Virus record (IMG/VR): IMGVR_UViG_3300024999_000065 | Location: 28,136 to 92,135 of that record | DNA from: a virus | Strand: one strand, 5' to 3' | DNA length: 64,000 nucleotides | Part shown: positions 1-8,584 of the stretch, piece by piece | How positions within the stretch are numbered: position 1 is the stretch's first letter | How the letters are laid out: every line of letters starts with the position of its first letter | Made by a program: the position numbers and the translations under genes | The notes under the pieces: generated by a model | Told to the model about the DNA's origin: nothing | Databases searched by the model: none | Seen by the model: the letters and a program-made list of their open reading frames with translations, nothing else

Positions 1-161
1 AATAATTCGTAGATACAATTTTTACATGTTGGGAAATATTCACCATATAAAGGATTATCAGTTTTAAAAAAATTACTTATAATTGCTGATTTTATTAATC
101 CACATTTACTACATGTAATTTCATTACGTTTTATTTTAGTTATATTTTTATTTGTTGCCAT
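1..161 (-). CDS. N-terminus (runs off the window) of a CxxC...CxxC zinc-finger protein, resembling SPbeta YonG (gene upstream of terminase)
   Basis: Not in ORF track. Manual translation MATNKNITKIKRNEITCSKCGLIKSAIISNFFKTDNPLYGEYFPTCKNCIYEL; AGGAG RBS upstream; position downstream of yonO/yonJ-like genes fits SPbeta gene order. Confidence 0.6.
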   Translation of the reverse strand, partial: MATNKNITKIKRNEITCSKCGLIKSAIISNFFKTDNPLYGEYFPTCKNCIYEL

Positions 162-208
162 TTAAAATAACTCCTTTGGTTAATTATTTAATAAATAAAA
201 TAAACAAT

Positions 209-1429
209 TTAATTAATTGTTTTCAACACATTACAATATTTATATTTATTATCTAATAAATTATCAAATTCAAAATTTTTATATCTTTGTGTAAATTCAT
301 TGAATTGTTCTGGTGTATTCTTTCCAAATCCATAATTTTTGTGAAAAATTACATGCAAACTATTAATAATACAAACACCAAGATATTTTTTATGTTTTTC
401 AATACATTGAATTTTAAAAATTTCTAACTCGTCTTTCTCATATTCAGATATTGATTGTTTAAAAATTAAATTATTTTCATTTAAAATTTCTTCTAATATT
501 AAATCAAATCCAAATAAATGATGTATTATATCAAATCGTTGATTAGTTAAAACACATTTATAATTACAATTCTTCATAGATTCTTTTTTCCAATCAACAA
601 TACAATTTCTTAAATATTCATATAAAGATGATCTTCCACCTTTCCAATTATGATTATTTTCTCCTGAATTCCTTTCAATAGCACATATAGGACATCCACT
701 ACCGCTTACTAAATTACTATATGAAGTTTGTTGAATATCATTTTTATGAAATGGACATATATATTTTAAATTTGATTCATTATTTATATAATCTTCTTTA
801 GTGGATGTAAGAATATATTCTCTTTGTTTAAATAATTCTTCTACTATACTAAAATCCATTCTTTTTTGTTGACTTAACTTGTCATATGAACAATACTTAC
901 AACCTTGATTTTTATATTTAAAATTTCCATATTTAATAGATTGAATACCTTTATCTTTATGACTTGGACAAATAAATTCCATATAATCATCTGGACTATA
1001 ATATTCTTTTGTTAATAAAATTAAATTTCTTTCTTCAAATTCTTTTCTAACTAAATTAATATTATTTTTACGAATACTATTTACAATTTTTTCATGAATT
1101 ACTGGAACTTTAACTGAAGATTTTACACCTTTCTTTAATAAACATAATTCAACTTGTTTATCATGTTTATGCTTTTCACAAGCATCTTTAATTATTGGTT
1201 GATTTTTATGACTAATAATATATTTATAATATGGTTTTGGTATTATTGTTTCTATCCCTTCTTCTAAACAATAATCACACAAACATTCAATTCCTATATT
1301 GCTACCTTCTAACAATTTATTAACATCTATTGTATGAACTTTATTATATTCCCATTTTAATCCTAAACTTTTTATGTATGGTTTGTTGTTAGACAAGCAT
1401 GTTACCTCGACCTCTTTTGTAATTAACAT
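209..1429 (-). CDS. Zinc-ribbon repeat protein with C-terminal HNH-like nuclease domain (probable free-standing homing endonuclease)
   Basis: Repeats of C-P-x-H...G-C-x-x-C, NHNWKGG motif, C-terminal CVLT...IHHL...GVC...LHVIFHKNYG. Confidence 0.65.
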   Translation of the reverse strand: MLITKEVEVTCLSNNKPYIKSLGLKWEYNKVHTIDVNKLLEGSNIGIECLCDYCLEEGIETIIPKPYYKYIISHKNQPIIKDACEKHKHDKQVELCLLKKGVKSSVKVPVIHEKIVNSIRKNNINLVRKEFEERNLILLTKEYYSPDDYMEFICPSHKDKGIQSIKYGNFKYKNQGCKYCSYDKLSQQKRMDFSIVEELFKQREYILTSTKEDYINNESNLKYICPFHKNDIQQTSYSNLVSGSGCPICAIERNSGENNHNWKGGRSSLYEYLRNCIVDWKKESMKNCNYKCVLTNQRFDIIHHLFGFDLILEEILNENNLIFKQSISEYEKDELEIFKIQCIEKHKKYLGVCIINSLHVIFHKNYGFGKNTPEQFNEFTQRYKNFEFDNLLDNKYKYCNVLKTIN

Positions 1430-1511
1430 TTTATCACCAAATCCCTTCTATTTTATTTTCCCTTTCTGCTTTTTCTATACATTTTCTATACTTATTAATT
1501 AAAAATAAAAA

Positions 1512-1571
1512 GAATTGGTGCATACGCAGAAAGGAAAGAGGGAGCTACCCTCTAATCATCTACACCAATTC
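1512..1571 (-). promoter_or_regulatory. Structured leader/attenuator-like element upstream of 209..1429
   Basis: Outer stem GAATTGGTG/CACCAATTC followed by a T-run on the minus strand; inner hairpin AGAGGG-TAGCT-CCCTCT. Confidence 0.5.
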
Positions 1572-1732
1572 AAAAAACAATATTATATTTATAACCTAAT
1601 ACTAACCTACTAACCTAAAAATATCACAACCAAATCTCACTTCTATCACTATTTTAAAACATAATAAAACCCACCTAAAGTATAGATGGATTCTATATAT
1701 CTTAAATTAAATTTAATTATCTTTATATTATT

Positions 1733-2458
1733 TTATTCTACTAATGCTTCATCCATCAATTCTCTCATAAAGCAACAATGATCATTCCATCCAATACTTT
1801 TACCTGTCTTATACAATCTATATAATTCATTTCTTAATTCTGCACCACATTTAATATTCATAACATTATCCGTAAATTCTTCAATTAGATCAATTTCTGC
1901 TAATTGTTCATCGGTGAATTCTCCGTTTTCAGATTCACATGTACATTGACAATCATTGCAACTACAATCTTCTAATTCCTTATTAAATTCATCTTCATCA
2001 TAATCTTCAATAAAATTATCAGCGAATTCATCTAAGATAGATTTAATAGAATTTTTATTTCCATTTGTTTCTTGAATTCTTTCCACAAAAATTTCTAACA
2101 ATTCATCATAATCAAATTCTTCTACTTTACAATCTTCACATTCACAACAATCATTCTCACAATCACAAAAATCATTACAACATTCATCACAATTCATATA
2201 TTTACAATCATCATCACAACTATCATATTTCTTTTTATCTTTGTATTTACATTCATCACATTCACAAACTTCATCTTCATCAACGTATTCATAAGGATTA
2301 TCTTCTACTTTTTCTTCTTCATCCTTATTATATTCTTCTAAACCACCAATAAAATCCATATAAGATTCAAAATCCACTTCTTCACCATCAATATAAAATT
2401 TACTCAATACATGTTCAAAAGTTTCATCATCATAGTAATGTTTGGTTGTTAGTTGCAT
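1733..2458 (-). CDS. Highly acidic, Cys-rich hypothetical protein
   Basis: 241 aa with AGGAG RBS; many C-E/D-C-x-x-C clusters. Confidence 0.75.
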   Translation of the reverse strand: MQLTTKHYYDDETFEHVLSKFYIDGEEVDFESYMDFIGGLEEYNKDEEEKVEDNPYEYVDEDEVCECDECKYKDKKKYDSCDDDCKYMNCDECCNDFCDCENDCCECEDCKVEEFDYDELLEIFVERIQETNGNKNSIKSILDEFADNFIEDYDEDEFNKELEDCSCNDCQCTCESENGEFTDEQLAEIDLIEEFTDNVMNIKCGAELRNELYRLYKTGKSIGWNDHCCFMRELMDEALVE

Positions 2459-2535
2459 GTTTTAGATTTCTCCTTTAAATTTATAAATTATTTTATAATT
2501 GTAATATTATTATTTTAATATCTATAATCTACTAA

Positions 2536-3816
2536 TTACAACATTTCTTTTTCCTTTAATATTGTCGCATTTTTAGATGATTCAATACTTGCATTAGCAT
2601 TTATATTTGTTATTTGCACACTATGATCAACATTCATTTTATTAATTAAATCTATTTTATTATTAATTAAATATTTCCAAGTTTCTTCATTATTGTCTGT
2701 AAAATATGGAATTATAAGATATTCATAACCTTTAGATAAAGCGTATTCTTCTTTATATTTATCTTTTTCTTGTTGGTATTTAAATTCTTGTTCAGGTGTC
2801 GTATTATATTTTTTTGATTGTAATTTATGAAAATATGATAATTCATAATGTTGTATACCATGTACTTCAATAATTAAGTGTTTATTATTTATTATAATCT
2901 CATTGTCATATTTTAAAATTCCGAAATTCCTTTTTATAATTAAACTATTAGGAGCAATTATTATATTAATTGGATTTAAGGTACATTTATTTTCATGTAA
3001 AATTTTATAATTTAAACTTTCCAAATATAATCTAACTTTTTCTTGAAGTAAACTTTCATCTCTTTCCCTTACACATTCGGGACATCTATAACCACAATTA
3101 TTTGAACTTTGTATATTCCTATAATAATCATCATGCTTTCCTTCTGGACATTTCCACCATACCCATTGATTACTATTAATTCCGTAATCATAAACAGTAT
3201 CTTTATTTTTATCAGACCATATATTTAATACTTGTGGATATAAATGTCCTAAACTATCTAAATAATGTAATTTATAAGTTCCACAATATGAACATCTGCG
3301 ATTTTCAATAAACATATGACATGATATTTCATAACTGCCATGATAATCTTTTTCCTGACATTTAATCCATACTTTAGGTTTATTACACCCTTTTGTTATC
3401 TTCCAAGGATCAATACCTAACTCATTATTTTTATCCCAATCCCAATACTTATCAAGAAAATCTTCACCTAAATTATTAATACCCCATTGGGCAAAAGAAT
3501 CTCCGTTATTAATTTTTAATAATCTTTTCTTTACACTTCCTTTTAAAATTGCAGAACATTTTTTACAATAATGTTTTTCTTTTTTTAAATAATTACACCA
3601 ACTAATATTTAAAATAGTTTCACAATTATTTTCATCACAATTGTTTCCGTCACATTTTACTTCAACCATAACACTACTACCATCACATAAATCGTTAACA
3701 TTTACTAAAAATTCATCATATAATTTAGTAAATTTATGTCCTAAATTTTCATAATGTTTTTTAGTCCTAGAATTCCATGTTGTAGTTACTACTGTTGAAA
3801 TTAATATATAAAACAT
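2536..3816 (-). CDS. Zinc-ribbon (DUF4379-like) repeat protein with C-terminal PD-(D/E)xK/Vsr-like endonuclease domain
   Basis: W-x-K-C...H...R-C-x-x-C repeats; YD-x9-IIEVHGIQHY nuclease motif; true start may be ATA at 3807. Confidence 0.7.
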   Translation of the reverse strand: MFYILISTVVTTTWNSRTKKHYENLGHKFTKLYDEFLVNVNDLCDGSSVMVEVKCDGNNCDENNCETILNISWCNYLKKEKHYCKKCSAILKGSVKKRLLKINNGDSFAQWGINNLGEDFLDKYWDWDKNNELGIDPWKITKGCNKPKVWIKCQEKDYHGSYEISCHMFIENRRCSYCGTYKLHYLDSLGHLYPQVLNIWSDKNKDTVYDYGINSNQWVWWKCPEGKHDDYYRNIQSSNNCGYRCPECVRERDESLLQEKVRLYLESLNYKILHENKCTLNPINIIIAPNSLIIKRNFGILKYDNEIIINNKHLIIEVHGIQHYELSYFHKLQSKKYNTTPEQEFKYQQEKDKYKEEYALSKGYEYLIIPYFTDNNEETWKYLINNKIDLINKMNVDHSVQITNINANASIESSKNATILKEKEML

Positions 3817-3852
3817 CTCCTTTTTTATGAATTTTTTGCAAATAAAAAACTG

Positions 3853-4023
3853 CTACTTGGTAATAGCAGTTAAATCATTTCTTAATTTTTCAGTGTCTTC
3901 AAAAACAAAAACGGTTTCATTCAGATTATATTTATTTGGTTTAATATCAATTATTTGATTTCCTTTGTGTAATAATGTTCTTGCAATAGGAGGTTTAATT
4001 ATAACTTTATAATTCATATTCAT
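3853..4023 (-). CDS. Small protein, DUF5659-like
   Basis: Below ORF-track cutoff. MNMNYKVIIKPPIARTLLHKGNQIIDIKPNKYNLNETVFVFEDTEKLRNDLTAITK; IARxLLxxG..I.DIKPN....TVFVFE pattern. Confidence 0.65.
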   Translation of the reverse strand: MNMNYKVIIKPPIARTLLHKGNQIIDIKPNKYNLNETVFVFEDTEKLRNDLTAITK

Positions 4024-4045
4024 ACCTCACAATTATATTTTAAGT

Positions 4046-4660
4046 TTAAATAATCTCATCAACTAATCCGTATTTTAACATTTCTTCACTCGTAAGATAC
4101 CATTCATGTCTTGACATCTTTTCATATTCATCTTCTGTAATTTTACTATTACACAACATAAAATCTTTTATCTTTTTCTCATATTTAGTAGTAAAATTAT
4201 AATAATCTTTTATTTGTGAAGCAGTTCCTTGTAAATAATCAGATCCTCCATGAATCAAAGCAGTAGTGAATGGATAACATTTTACAGTTACATTAGGATT
4301 ATTATAAGCGCTCATTAAAAGAAGACTGCCCATTGAATACGCATACGCTAAAACTGTAATTGTAGTTTTTGTTTTTAATTTAGATATTACATCACAAAGT
4401 AATAATCCATTATAAACTTGACCACCAAGAGTATTAAGTAAAATATTTATTTCTTTTCCTGTACCATCATTATTCATTTCTAATAATGGCAATACAGCAA
4501 ATTCTATAATAGATTCATCAATTTGTTCATTAATAACTATTGTTCTTTTTTCTAAATGTCTAAAATATTGATAAAAAATAGGATTAGAAGTTTCTTTTAA
4601 TTGTTCCACTAATTGATTAATATCAATACTTCCTATTTCAGTAGCCATATGAATACACAT
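4046..4660 (-). CDS. clpP: ClpP-like (S14) protease subunit
   Basis: INILLNTLGG, AYSMG (Ser), LIHG (His), C-terminal EEMLKYGLVDEI. Confidence 0.85.
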   Translation of the reverse strand: MCIHMATEIGSIDINQLVEQLKETSNPIFYQYFRHLEKRTIVINEQIDESIIEFAVLPLLEMNNDGTGKEINILLNTLGGQVYNGLLLCDVISKLKTKTTITVLAYAYSMGSLLLMSAYNNPNVTVKCYPFTTALIHGGSDYLQGTASQIKDYYNFTTKYEKKIKDFMLCNSKITEDEYEKMSRHEWYLTSEEMLKYGLVDEII

Positions 4661-4681
4661 TTAATCCTTTCAATATATAAT

Positions 4682-6049
4682 TTATTTTATTATTGTATTA
4701 ATTACATCTGTAATACCTAAATCATCATTAATAATAAAACTTTGGTTCTTCTTTTCAGATTGAATATATCCACTATCATTAGACCAACGTGAAGTTCCTG
4801 AAACTGTTGGCAATCTCATAATTTCTAAATATCCTTGTTTTTCATACACCATAGACTGATGAAGATGGGCTAACATGCAAATTATATGTTCTGATTGACT
4901 CCACATATCTTTTGCTTCCGTAGTTATAATCTTCAATGCATCTTTAATTTTCATATCATGAGATAAACATAATAATGTTTTACCTATTCTACAATATTTA
5001 CGAGGTAGGGGAGAAGAATCAATTTTAATATTATCCTCATTCTTATACCAAGCATTTATTGTTTGCATTATTCCAAACATAGTATGTAAATCATGATTAG
5101 ATGGTACATATTGAACATCTACTGGAGCAATTTCCGTAAGCATGTCAATTCCATTAATAATTAATTGAGTTGCTTTTACAACAGTAGTAAACCATAATGC
5201 AGAATTATCTTGTGGAGTTAAACGAGTTGTAGAACCAGATAAATTATCAAAATTTGTAAAATCATTTCCGATCATAAATACTACTTTTTCAAATTTTCTA
5301 TGTTTTACTCTATTAATAATATCATTTAAGATATAATAATAAATTTGTTCTGCAATTTCTAAATTATATTCATTACTAGTTGAATAATTATCTGATAATA
5401 AAGCATAATGAAAATCTGCGATAGGAACAATTAAAGTATCACCGTTTTGTTCATATTGTTTAGGTGAGATATTGAATTTATTTTTATAATCTGTTTTTAC
5501 AATAGAGAATAATTTTTTAATATCTTCAATATTCCATTTATATTCTGTGACAGGTTTAACCACAATCTTACTTGAATAAAGAACCATAATACCATCTTTT
5601 TTACTATAACTATTCCATATATTATTTCTAGCAGATACTAACTGAAATATTTTAGAATCATAGCCATGAGCATTTAAAAGAAATTCTGTATCTTTCGCAT
5701 CATTTTTTGACATTTGAATTAATTTACTACTAGTCTGTGTATTATCCTTGTTTAACTCAATAGTAGATTTTGAATTTAATAATTCACTTTCTAAATCTTT
5801 ATTAATATTATTTTTATTATTGTCATTATTATTAATACTATGTATTTTCTTATCTATATTACTTTTCTTATATTCATCAATAGTCATTTGTAGATTAGTC
5901 AAGCACTTTCTAGCATGATCTGACGATACCTGAGTACCATATAATAATTCATACACTTCAATTTTATCCAAATCATAATCTTTTCTATTTATTAATAATC
6001 TTTCTGCATATTCCATGAAATCTTCTGTTGATTTTCTTAAATGTTCCAT
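4682..6049 (-). CDS. Calcineurin-like metallophosphoesterase, SPbeta YonJ-like
   Basis: Motifs IADFH, GNDFTNFD, SNHD, SHD, AHLH. Confidence 0.8.
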   Translation of the reverse strand: MEHLRKSTEDFMEYAERLLINRKDYDLDKIEVYELLYGTQVSSDHARKCLTNLQMTIDEYKKSNIDKKIHSINNNDNNKNNINKDLESELLNSKSTIELNKDNTQTSSKLIQMSKNDAKDTEFLLNAHGYDSKIFQLVSARNNIWNSYSKKDGIMVLYSSKIVVKPVTEYKWNIEDIKKLFSIVKTDYKNKFNISPKQYEQNGDTLIVPIADFHYALLSDNYSTSNEYNLEIAEQIYYYILNDIINRVKHRKFEKVVFMIGNDFTNFDNLSGSTTRLTPQDNSALWFTTVVKATQLIINGIDMLTEIAPVDVQYVPSNHDLHTMFGIMQTINAWYKNEDNIKIDSSPLPRKYCRIGKTLLCLSHDMKIKDALKIITTEAKDMWSQSEHIICMLAHLHQSMVYEKQGYLEIMRLPTVSGTSRWSNDSGYIQSEKKNQSFIINDDLGITDVINTIIK

Positions 6050-6150
6050 TTATTCCTCCGTCAGAATAAATTTAAAATAGGGTAGAGGACGTTAAAATTA
6101 ATATTAATCCTATTACCCGTAATCGACCATTATATTATAAAATAAAATAA

Positions 6151-6178
6151 GACTATAGAGATTACACACTCTATAGTC
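6151..6178 (-). terminator. Intrinsic terminator after the DUF2828 gene
   Basis: GACTATAGAG/CTCTATAGTC inverted repeat followed by TTATTTTATTTT on the minus strand. Confidence 0.7.
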
Positions 6179-6241
6179 CTTTGCTAAAATAACATATTTA
6201 TATTATATATTACTATAATAATAAATACTTTAATTAATAAA

Positions 6242-7711
6242 TTAAACAACTATACAATCATAAACTGGATCACTTAAAGTATCAATCATCGCTTCATATG
6301 GTGTTTTGCCAATATTCTTTAATATAGACTTAAACACAGAAGGAGATTGACCACTCGCTAATTGTACTCCTTTATATTCACTAGTAACTTGAAAATTATC
6401 ATGCCTACTATCTACGTTCCAATATATAATATTTGGCATTTCATATCCATTTTGATTATACATTTTAACCATAGCATCATGCCAAGTCATATCAGAATCA
6501 TTAGTTTGTGCATCAAATTCCATATCCGAAATTACAACTAAAGATTTAGGCATATCTTCATTATTAAGTTTATTCTTAATAGCAACATCTAAAATCAACC
6601 TAAATGTTGCTTCTAAATCTGTATTATCTACAATTTCAGGTACACATTTAATTTTTTCATAAATAGTTTCACCTTTTAATTGAACAAAAGATGGTTCAGA
6701 TGAAAATGTCATAAATACATCTTTAAATACACCTTGATTTCTTTCTGCAAAATATATTGCTAGACCAACAGCCGTTGCCATTGGTCTACCACGCATACTC
6801 GCCGAAGTATCTGCCATAATAAGGATACTATTTTCACCATCAATATAATTAGGTAACACTTTCCACTGTTCTTCCAATACTTTATCATAATTTACTTCAT
6901 CTAAATCAAAACCACAAGAACACATCTTTTCTAAAATATCATATGGAAATAATGTACTAGCATTTATTTTTTCTTCACCTTTAGATACCTTCTCAATAAA
7001 ACTACTAAAACCTTCTTCATCATGTTTCTCAAATGAATTTCTATAAATACTCATTGCTCTTGAAGGAACAGATGAATATTTAATATCTGTCCATTGATTA
7101 CCAGACATTTTAACTTCAATAACATCTAAATATTTTCTTAATTTAGATAAAGTTTTTCTATATTCTTTTTCTGATAAACCAAGATTTTTAGCAGTTAATT
7201 TTCCAAGTTTAATTGATTCTTTAGAACTAGTATTACAAGATTTCATCCATTTTGCTAAGAGACTAATAGGTTTATTTTCATTCATATTTTGAATATCTAA
7301 ATTCCATTGTTCTTTAATTAAATTCCACATAGCAGATTCTACTTTTGTATTAATAAATTCATATAAATCATCCCATCTACCGAAGTGACTAATATGTTGA
7401 ATATTTTTCTTTGCAATTTCAGGATGTACCTTTGCAAGAAATTTCATTATCACTTTAAAAGTTCTTCTTTCACCAAGTCCACCTTTTATTAATCTAGCAT
7501 AAAACGCCATTTTAGTTGCTAATAATTTATCTTCATCAAATGCTTTAATAAATAAAGTTTCAATATCTTGTTCAGTACGATTTCTCAATGCACCAATTTG
7601 TCCAAATAAATCAACTAATGAATTATATGTACTTTTTAATGCAGTTGCACCATTTTCAGTTAATGTAAAATTATCTTCACTTTTTAAAGCATTTACAAAT
7701 TTCTCAGTCAT
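6242..7711 (-). CDS. DUF2828-family TROVE/Ro60-like protein with C-terminal vWA domain
   Basis: N-terminal TENGA, GLGERR, FGRWDDL, SLLAKW, YSSVPSRAM; vWA MIDAS motif DTSAS; ISDMEFD; IIYWNV. Confidence 0.85.
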   Translation of the reverse strand: MTEKFVNALKSEDNFTLTENGATALKSTYNSLVDLFGQIGALRNRTEQDIETLFIKAFDEDKLLATKMAFYARLIKGGLGERRTFKVIMKFLAKVHPEIAKKNIQHISHFGRWDDLYEFINTKVESAMWNLIKEQWNLDIQNMNENKPISLLAKWMKSCNTSSKESIKLGKLTAKNLGLSEKEYRKTLSKLRKYLDVIEVKMSGNQWTDIKYSSVPSRAMSIYRNSFEKHDEEGFSSFIEKVSKGEEKINASTLFPYDILEKMCSCGFDLDEVNYDKVLEEQWKVLPNYIDGENSILIMADTSASMRGRPMATAVGLAIYFAERNQGVFKDVFMTFSSEPSFVQLKGETIYEKIKCVPEIVDNTDLEATFRLILDVAIKNKLNNEDMPKSLVVISDMEFDAQTNDSDMTWHDAMVKMYNQNGYEMPNIIYWNVDSRHDNFQVTSEYKGVQLASGQSPSVFKSILKNIGKTPYEAMIDTLSDPVYDCIVV

Positions 7712-7750
7712 AAAATCCTCTCTCCTTTTATTCTATAAATTTAATTTTTA

Positions 7751-8315
7751 CAAGACACAGCATTTTATTCATTGATAATTCTCTTCATTGTAATTTTTGA
7801 TTATTCATTTTAATTTTTAGTTTTTATATAAATTATATTATTAGTTTGCTGTAATTGTCTTATACAAGACATATAGATAATCTTAAATTTGATTTAATTC
7901 TTCTTGTTTTTTGTATTCATATGTATGAAAATTTGCTGTATGTGTCTTTCTTAAAAATTAATCCCAAGATACTAAAATTAAATATTAAATTTTTAATTCA
8001 CTTAAAAAGTATTATATTATTTTTGCTGTAAGTATCTTATGAGGAATTTTAATATTTTCAAGATGCAATTTTTGCCTTTTAAAAATGAGTCATCACAACT
8101 CTTGCAATTAAATCATTATAACTTGATTTTAAAAATATTTGCTGTATGCATCTTATTTTAATATTACTAGGCACAAAGATAAAACTATCAATAATGTATT
8201 ATTTGATTTTAAAATTGCTGATAGTGCCTAAAATTATTAATTCTATTTGTCAAGACGATTTTAAGATGTAATATTCATACAAAGAATTAAATTTACAAAT
8301 TGCTGTTATCGTCTT
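7751..8315 (-). ncRNA. Tandem array of six hairpin RNA units (stem-CAGCAA-variable loop-stem-G) in the leader of the DUF2828/TROVE gene
   Basis: Units at 8251-8315, 8167-8230, 8059-8154, 7965-8038, 7865-7948, 7751-7861; stems differ in sequence but stay complementary; CAGCAA starts 10 nt after each 5' end. Confidence 0.8.
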
Positions 8316-8324
8316 TCTAAATAT

Positions 8325-8353
8325 ATATTAGCATATTAAATTTAAATTGTCAA
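8325..8353 (-). promoter_or_regulatory. sigma-A promoter driving the hairpin array
   Basis: TTGACA-17-TAATAT with extended -10 TG; predicted +1 near 8318, at the 5' end of the first hairpin. Confidence 0.75.
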
Positions 8354-8406
8354 CAACTATTTATATTATTAGTTTATAGAAAATTGTTGTGTTTATTTCT
8401 ATTAAT

Positions 8407-8435
8407 ATATTAACATAGAGAGGAATGAATGTCAA
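8407..8435 (-). promoter_or_regulatory. Second tandem sigma-A promoter
   Basis: TTGACA-17-TAATAT with TG extension. Confidence 0.65.
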
Positions 8436-8584
8436 TATATTTATTTTATTATTTTGATATAATTTAAAGTTAAATTAATTCAATTGACGTACAATCCCAC
8501 TATTGTAGTCTTTGTCCCAAAAAGCAGAGTATAGTACAGGTACTATCTCTACAAAAACAACACCGTTTTTGTTCTATTTATTTT

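Noticed and set aside
7751-8315. CRISPR array interpretation of the repeats
   Set aside because: No identical direct repeats, unit lengths vary 64-111 nt, the conserved feature is a stem enclosing the variable part, and no cas genes are seen
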